Assembly: GCA_963796565.1 (NCBI GenBank)
Contig: CAWCMA010000008.1
Span: 74-64,073, forward strand
Origin: an uncultured delta proteobacterium
Lineage (GTDB): Bacteria > Desulfobacterota > Binatia > Binatales > Binataceae
Reading direction: 5' to 3'
DNA: 64,000 bases
How positions within the stretch are numbered: the first letter of the stretch is position 1; every line of letters starts with the position of its first letter. This document shows, in pieces, positions 58,790-64,000 of this stretch. Below the pieces are notes generated by a model, which had not been told where the DNA came from, made no database searches, and saw only the letters and a program-made list of their open reading frames with translations. The position numbers and the translations under genes are program-made.

Positions 58790-60124
58790 TCATAGTCCGA
58801 GGTCGGCTCGCGAGCGGGTCAGCGTGTCGATCACCACGTACATGATCGCCCTCGCCGATTTGATGAAGTCATTGATACTGGCCACGCCCATCCCGCCCAG
58901 ACCTTCCTTGTATTCATCGGGGCAGTTGTCAGGCGGCCACGGATAACCGATCCGCGCGCAGGGGATGCCGAGGCGCCGGATGAGCGCGCCGTCAGTCTGA
59001 CCGCCCATCTTCGGGGCGTCGCCGTGCGGCCGGCCCTCGACCCGTTCCCAACCGCGATAGCTCGATTGCACGATCCAGTTTTGCGGGTCCGTGGCGCCGC
59101 CCGGGCAGGCACCGAACATCTCCCAATCGAATTCGATGTCCGGATGACGCCGATGAATCGCGCCCATCGCCTCGGCGAACTGCGCTTTCACTTCGGCGGG
59201 AGAAGTGCGCGGATTGCATCGCACGTCGAGATAGATTTCCGTTGTGGCCGACGGAAAGGCCGGTTTCTCAGGCCATCCCGCGCGCAGTGCCGCGATATGG
59301 CCCTCCGGCAGCACCGTGCCGGAGGTGTTACGCGCGGTGTATTGCGGCAGCCACGCTTCGATCTCCTCGATCACTCGAACGGCGGGAATGATGGAACTTC
59401 GGTAGCCGGGAGTGCCGCGCGTAATCCCCGCATAACCCATGGTGCCGCGCACCGAGACCTTGAACCAGCACATCCCGGGTTCCTCGGCGAAAACCGCCCA
59501 CCATGGTTTCATGATCACCGCGAAATCAGGGGCCACCCCGCGTGTGAGCATGTGATACACACCGTCGCTCATCCCGTAGTTGCGCCGATACGGCAGACTG
59601 ACCGGCATCCCGCCGCCGGCAAAACCCACTTGCAGGTCGCCCTTTATCGGCACGCGAGCTTCGCGCAGCGCGGTTGCGATCTCGGTGAGAGTCGCGACCA
59701 TCCCCTTGGGGTTGGCGGCGCCAAGGCCATAGACCAGGTCGCCCTGCGCGAAACCGCTGGGCAGCATGTCGGCGCGGAGCGTTTGGCCGGCCCACGGCAG
59801 ATCCCGCTTCGGGTCGGCCTCGAGATGGGTGTCGATCGGAGCGTAGAGCAGGAGCGCGGCGCCGCCTCCGCTGCCCCGGACTTCGCCCACCGCGTTGCCA
59901 GTGTCCTCGTTGATCGACTGATAGCGGGAATGCTCGCCCAGATGCTCGCGCATGTAGCCGGCGATAAATTCGCTGGCCTGGCGCTCGGCGCCGGTGGGGC
60001 TGTGGATGTCGATCAGACCCAGCAGGAGCTTTTGCAGGCGCGCGGGATTAAGCCGCTCGCAGGCCTGGGCGTACCATTTCTCCTGCTCCGCCGAGAGCGG
60101 AACGTTGCGCGTCTTGTCGGCCAT
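58790..60124 (-). CDS. M20-fold protein with non-canonical metal-site motifs
   Basis: Overall ArgE/DapE layout (IHSPTGAE, GNAVG, VYGLGA.N.KG, GGQTD) but the His/Asp/Glu ligands are substituted. Confidence 0.75.
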   Translation of the reverse strand: MADKTRNVPLSAEQEKWYAQACERLNPARLQKLLLGLIDIHSPTGAERQASEFIAGYMREHLGEHSRYQSINEDTGNAVGEVRGSGGGAALLLYAPIDTHLEADPKRDLPWAGQTLRADMLPSGFAQGDLVYGLGAANPKGMVATLTEIATALREARVPIKGDLQVGFAGGGMPVSLPYRRNYGMSDGVYHMLTRGVAPDFAVIMKPWWAVFAEEPGMCWFKVSVRGTMGYAGITRGTPGYRSSIIPAVRVIEEIEAWLPQYTARNTSGTVLPEGHIAALRAGWPEKPAFPSATTEIYLDVRCNPRTSPAEVKAQFAEAMGAIHRRHPDIEFDWEMFGACPGGATDPQNWIVQSSYRGWERVEGRPHGDAPKMGGQTDGALIRRLGIPCARIGYPWPPDNCPDEYKEGLGGMGVASINDFIKSARAIMYVVIDTLTRSRADLGL

Positions 60125-60165
60125 CGGAGTGCCCCCCCTGCGGTCGCTGCCCGCCGTGCGATCGC

Positions 60166-61407
60166 CTATCGATGACCGTTACCGCCGCCGCCGTTGCCCT
60201 GCTGGGCGGCCGGCCGCTCCTGGATACCGCGATTGTAACGCGACGCCACCTTGCGCCACGCGGTCAATGCATTATCCAGTTGGCACAGGACCTCCTTGTT
60301 CCAGCCGTCGCCGGTCTCGTAGAAGTCCTGCATCGCCTCGCGCGCGAAGAGATCGTTGTCGTTGAAATCGCGGAGCGCGAGCGGCTCGAACACGTTGTCG
60401 TACCGATACTCGGCATCTTTCAGATCCGCCTCGCTGCGGCAGTGGGCGACCAGAATTTCCCAGTACTCGTGATGCGTCTCGTCGGTGGGAACGTACCACT
60501 CGTACTGCGCCCAGCCGGGGATCGGCCAGTGCTCGACCAGCAGCACCCCCGGCAGATACATCGAGGTCCGCAAGTAGTATGGCTTGGTGCCGCGCGCCTT
60601 CAGCCCGAGGACCGCGTTTTCGAGGACCATGTTCCAGGCTTCGGGCTTGTTGTACATCATCATCACGCCCTTGGGGCCGTCCTCCTCCTCGACCACGCGG
60701 ACCGCCTCGTCCGAAACGGGCTGCGCGCCGAGCGGGAACAATACGTCGGCGCTGGCGATAATCGTGTTGCCCATATGCACCAGCCAATGGCCGGGGTCGT
60801 AGCCGTTTTCAACGGCCAGGCGCCAGTTGGAATTGCCGGTGCGATGGATCCCGCGAACGAAGACGTGCTCGTCCAGGATGTACGCTACGGCGTTGGGGTC
60901 TTCGTCGGCGCCAATACGCAGCGGCAGGTCGGATGAAAGCGGCGGCACCGGCTGATAGTCCTCGTCGCCGACAAACACGAAGATCATGCCGTTGCGCTCT
61001 TCCACCGGGTAGGTACGGATGCGTACCTTGCCGAGAATGGGATCGTCGGGCGACGCTACGATCGTCCGCAGCACGCCGTCTTCCAGGCCGTAGCTGTAGC
61101 CGTGGTACCAGCAACTCATCAGCTCGTCACTCAGGCAGAGGGGACGGCGCGACATCTTCACGCCCCGATGCAGACAGCGATCCTGTAGCGCGTAGGTCTT
61201 GCCCCTGGCCCTTCGGAGCGCAATCTCATGGCCCGCGATCAGCACGCCCTTGACGTCGTTGTCCTTGAGCTCGTGACTGAACAGCGCGGGGTACCAATGG
61301 TTTTTGAAACCGCACGCGGCCTCCAGGTACGGGGCCCATTGCCGGCTCGACGCCGCGCCCGCTCTGGCAGGGCTGCTTGCGTTCCTGATCGATTCGCCTG
61401 CACCCAT
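60166..61407 (-). CDS. Rieske non-heme iron oxygenase, CarAa/OxoO-like
   Basis: CLHRG...CWYHG, ENGYDPGHW.VH, DFNDND..ARE; GFKNHWYPALF N-terminus. Confidence 0.9.
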   Translation of the reverse strand: MGAGESIRNASSPARAGAASSRQWAPYLEAACGFKNHWYPALFSHELKDNDVKGVLIAGHEIALRRARGKTYALQDRCLHRGVKMSRRPLCLSDELMSCWYHGYSYGLEDGVLRTIVASPDDPILGKVRIRTYPVEERNGMIFVFVGDEDYQPVPPLSSDLPLRIGADEDPNAVAYILDEHVFVRGIHRTGNSNWRLAVENGYDPGHWLVHMGNTIIASADVLFPLGAQPVSDEAVRVVEEEDGPKGVMMMYNKPEAWNMVLENAVLGLKARGTKPYYLRTSMYLPGVLLVEHWPIPGWAQYEWYVPTDETHHEYWEILVAHCRSEADLKDAEYRYDNVFEPLALRDFNDNDLFAREAMQDFYETGDGWNKEVLCQLDNALTAWRKVASRYNRGIQERPAAQQGNGGGGNGHR

Positions 61408-61456
61408 CGAAGTTGCCTCCTGTCAAAAAGCGCGACGGGCTGTGCCACCGCCAATA

Positions 61457-63004
61457 TCAGATGATCATCTCGATCATTTTGGGGCCGGGCTCCTTGAGCG
61501 CGCGCTCCAACTCCTGGCAGAGCGCCTCGGCCGTTTCGACGCGAACTCCCGGCACGCCCATCCCCTTGGCCAGCGCAACCCAGTCGAGGTTCGGATTGCC
61601 CAGGCTGGTCAGCGAGCGCGCCGTGGGGCCGGGTTCGGTAATGCCTGCGCGCGCCAGTTCGACCTGCAAAATCCGGTAGCGGCGGTTGTTGCACAGGAGC
61701 GTGGTGACGTTCAGCCCCTCGCGCGCCTGCGTCCACAGCGACTGCACCGTGTACATCCCGCTGCCGTCGGCCTGGAACGAGATCACGCGGCGCTCCGGGC
61801 AGGCTATCGCGGCGCCGGTCGCGCAGGGCAAGCCCTGCCCGATCGCGCCTCCGGTGAGCGCGAGGTAGGTATGCGCCGGCGCGCTCAGCGAGGCGCCGAA
61901 AAACGGCAGCCCGGTGGTCGCCGCCTCGTCCATCACGATTGCATGCTCGGGCATCAGGCCTGCGATTGCCGCGCCGATCGTGGTCGCATCGAGGGCGCCC
62001 GTCGGCCGCGCCCCCGGCCCTTTGGCGGCGCGCGCCGGTGCGGCTTTTGGCGCGCCGATAAGGTCGGCCAGCGCCTCGAGCGCCAGCGCCACGTCCTGCT
62101 CGAGCGTTGCGAGCGTGGTCACGCTGCGGCCCTCGGGGATCAGCAAGCTCGGCATGTTGGGATAGCCGAAAAATGCGACCGGCGCGCGCTCGCCGGCCAG
62201 GATGACCGAGCTGGATTTCGCCAGGGCGTCGAGCGCCATTTCGGGAAAGTAGGGCAGCTTCTCGACCGGCGGCCTCGCGCCGCCGCGCTCGACCCGCGCG
62301 GGGAACGTCCCGCACATCAGGCGGCATCCGCTCGCCGCGGCGATTCGCGCGGCGGCGTTAAGTCCGCGCTCGCGCAGCGCCGGTCCGCCCATGAAGAGCA
62401 CGGTGTTCGCGCCCTCGCGCCGCAGCATCTCGGCCGCCGCGCGCACCGCGCTATCCGGCGCCGCCGGAGGCGACACTGACGGACGCGGCCCGGCCGCCGC
62501 GCCGGCCTCGCTCCACTGGCAATCGGAGGGAACGATAAGCGTCGACGTACGGCCCGGCACCCGCATGGATTCGGCGATCGCCTCAGCCGTGTCGGCCGCG
62601 ATCGCGCCCGCGCTCGCCGAGTGGCGAACCCATGCGGAGACCGGGCGGGCGAGCGATTCGATATCGGAAGTGAGCGGCGCGTCGGCTTTCAGATGCCAGG
62701 TCGCATGATCGCCGATCACGTTGACGATCGGCGAGTGCGCGCGCCGCGCGTTGTGCAGGTTGGCGATACCGTTGGCGAAGCCGGGTCCCAGATGCGTCAA
62801 CGTGAGGGCAGGCCGGTCGGCCATCCGCGCGTAGCCGTCGGCCGCGCCGGTGACGACGCCTTCGAAAAGCGCCAGCACCGCGCGCATTCGCGGGGCGGCG
62901 TCGAGCGCCGCGACCAACGGCATCTCGGTAGTGCCGGGGTTGGCGAAGCAGACGTCGACTCCGCAATTAAGCGCGGTCAGGATCAGGCTCTCGGCTCCAT
63001 TCAT
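61457..63004 (-). CDS. ThDP-dependent enzyme, acetolactate synthase large subunit-like
   Basis: [29 protein letters not shown]...NNRRY. Confidence 0.9.
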   Translation of the reverse strand: MNGAESLILTALNCGVDVCFANPGTTEMPLVAALDAAPRMRAVLALFEGVVTGAADGYARMADRPALTLTHLGPGFANGIANLHNARRAHSPIVNVIGDHATWHLKADAPLTSDIESLARPVSAWVRHSASAGAIAADTAEAIAESMRVPGRTSTLIVPSDCQWSEAGAAAGPRPSVSPPAAPDSAVRAAAEMLRREGANTVLFMGGPALRERGLNAAARIAAASGCRLMCGTFPARVERGGARPPVEKLPYFPEMALDALAKSSSVILAGERAPVAFFGYPNMPSLLIPEGRSVTTLATLEQDVALALEALADLIGAPKAAPARAAKGPGARPTGALDATTIGAAIAGLMPEHAIVMDEAATTGLPFFGASLSAPAHTYLALTGGAIGQGLPCATGAAIACPERRVISFQADGSGMYTVQSLWTQAREGLNVTTLLCNNRRYRILQVELARAGITEPGPTARSLTSLGNPNLDWVALAKGMGVPGVRVETAEALCQELERALKEPGPKMIEMII

Positions 63005-63061
63005 CTTCTATCAACTCCGCTTCGTTGGTCGTTTGGTTTCCGCGCTGAACGCAGGCCCCTG

Positions 63062-64000
63062 TTACGCGGCGGTGCCGGTGCGCAGCACCTTGCCGGGCAG
63101 GCCTCCCTGGTATTCGTCGTGCGCGAACAGCACCTCGCCGCCGACGATCGTGTATTCGATTCCTTCCGAGCGCTCGATTAGCCGCGGCTCGCCGCCCGGC
63201 AGATCGTTGACCCACTCGGGCTTAAGCGGCTTTATCGTGGCTGGATCGAAAATCACCAGGTCGGCGTCCATCCCCGGCACGAGCCGGCCCTTGGTGCGCA
63301 GTTCGAGGAAGTCGGCCGGCTCCGAGGTCAGCCGCCGCACGCCTTCCTCCAGCGTCAGCACGCCGCGCCGATGCACCCATTCGTGGAGCAGGTAGGAGGT
63401 CAGGCCGGCGTCGCAGTGTTGTGCGACGTGAGCGCCCGCGTCGCTGAGCCCGATGAGCGTATTGGGAAGCTTGAGGATGCGGCTTACGACGTCGGGATTG
63501 ACGTTGATCACCGAGAGCGTCACGCCCAGTTCCATCCGCTCGTCCAGCGCGAGGTCGAGCAGCGCGTCAACCGCGTCCTTGCCGGTGGCCGCGGCGAGGT
63601 CGGCGATGCTCAGGTTAAGCCAGCGGCGGTTGTGCGCGTTTTCCACGCGCGCGATATGCACGCGATCCCATCGTCCGCGGAAAATCGCCTTGCCCCCGCC
63701 ATCCTCGATTTCGCCGCGAAAGGCGGCGCGGAAATCCGCCGAGCGCACGAGCGCCATCTGCTCGTCGATGCCGCGGTTGAAGATTCCCTTCCATGAATCG
63801 AGCGCGGCGAAAATGAACGGCTCGCGCATCGTATAATACTGCTGGATCGGACGCGGGGTGACCTGCGGCAGGATCTTCAGCCCGCTTCGGAGCAGCGGGG
63901 CGAGGCGCTCGACCGTTTGCTGATGCGCATCTGGGGGCGTGCCGGGCAGGTCGAGAAGTGCGAGCCAGGTCACCGGCCGCGTGCTCTCGCGCGCCAGCAT
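63062..64000 (-). CDS. Amidohydrolase, N-acyl-D-amino-acid deacylase family (5' part outside the window)
   Basis: SDAGAHV..HCD, GRLVPG.DADLVIFDP, PG.VLR. Confidence 0.88.
   Translation of the reverse strand: MLARESTRPVTWLALLDLPGTPPDAHQQTVERLAPLLRSGLKILPQVTPRPIQQYYTMREPFIFAALDSWKGIFNRGIDEQMALVRSADFRAAFRGEIEDGGGKAIFRGRWDRVHIARVENAHNRRWLNLSIADLAAATGKDAVDALLDLALDERMELGVTLSVINVNPDVVSRILKLPNTLIGLSDAGAHVAQHCDAGLTSYLLHEWVHRRGVLTLEEGVRRLTSEPADFLELRTKGRLVPGMDADLVIFDPATIKPLKPEWVNDLPGGEPRLIERSEGIEYTIVGGEVLFAHDEYQGGLPGKVLRTGTAA

Overview
GC-rich bacterial chromosome segment. A Candidatus Binatota-like organism is inferred from gene content only (LLM oxidoreductases, CoA/aromatic catabolism, diderm BamD). 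Left end: edge of an integrative element (excisionase + tyrosine integrase abutting the 3' end of tRNA-Ser(GCT)). Core genes: bamD, trmB, msrB, ygfZ, efp, rplU-rpmA-obgE-proB-proA-nadD-rsfS, sufT, aqpZ. Catabolic blocks: a partial hpa (4-hydroxyphenylacetate/homoprotocatechuate) operon and a Rieske oxygenase/ThDP enzyme/amidohydrolase cluster. The best candidate for an undescribed system is at 29928-35048. Two miniproteins too short for the ORF track (39 and 47 aa, 22/39 identical) share the exact desulforedoxin C-x2-C-x15-C-C motif. They bracket a co-oriented amidohydrolase / crotonase / acyl-CoA ligase / crotonase operon. Also notable: a ~2.7-kb islet (integrase remnant, amber-interrupted zinc-ribbon membrane gene, stand-alone SIR2-like gene) flanked by an 80-bp direct repeat of the hpaB 3' end; a frameshifted thaumatin-like lipoprotein; an EF-P with Asn at the modified-residue position abutting a methyltransferase gene; and an M20-fold protein lacking its canonical metal ligands. 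All family assignments come from motif recognition by eye; no searches were run.
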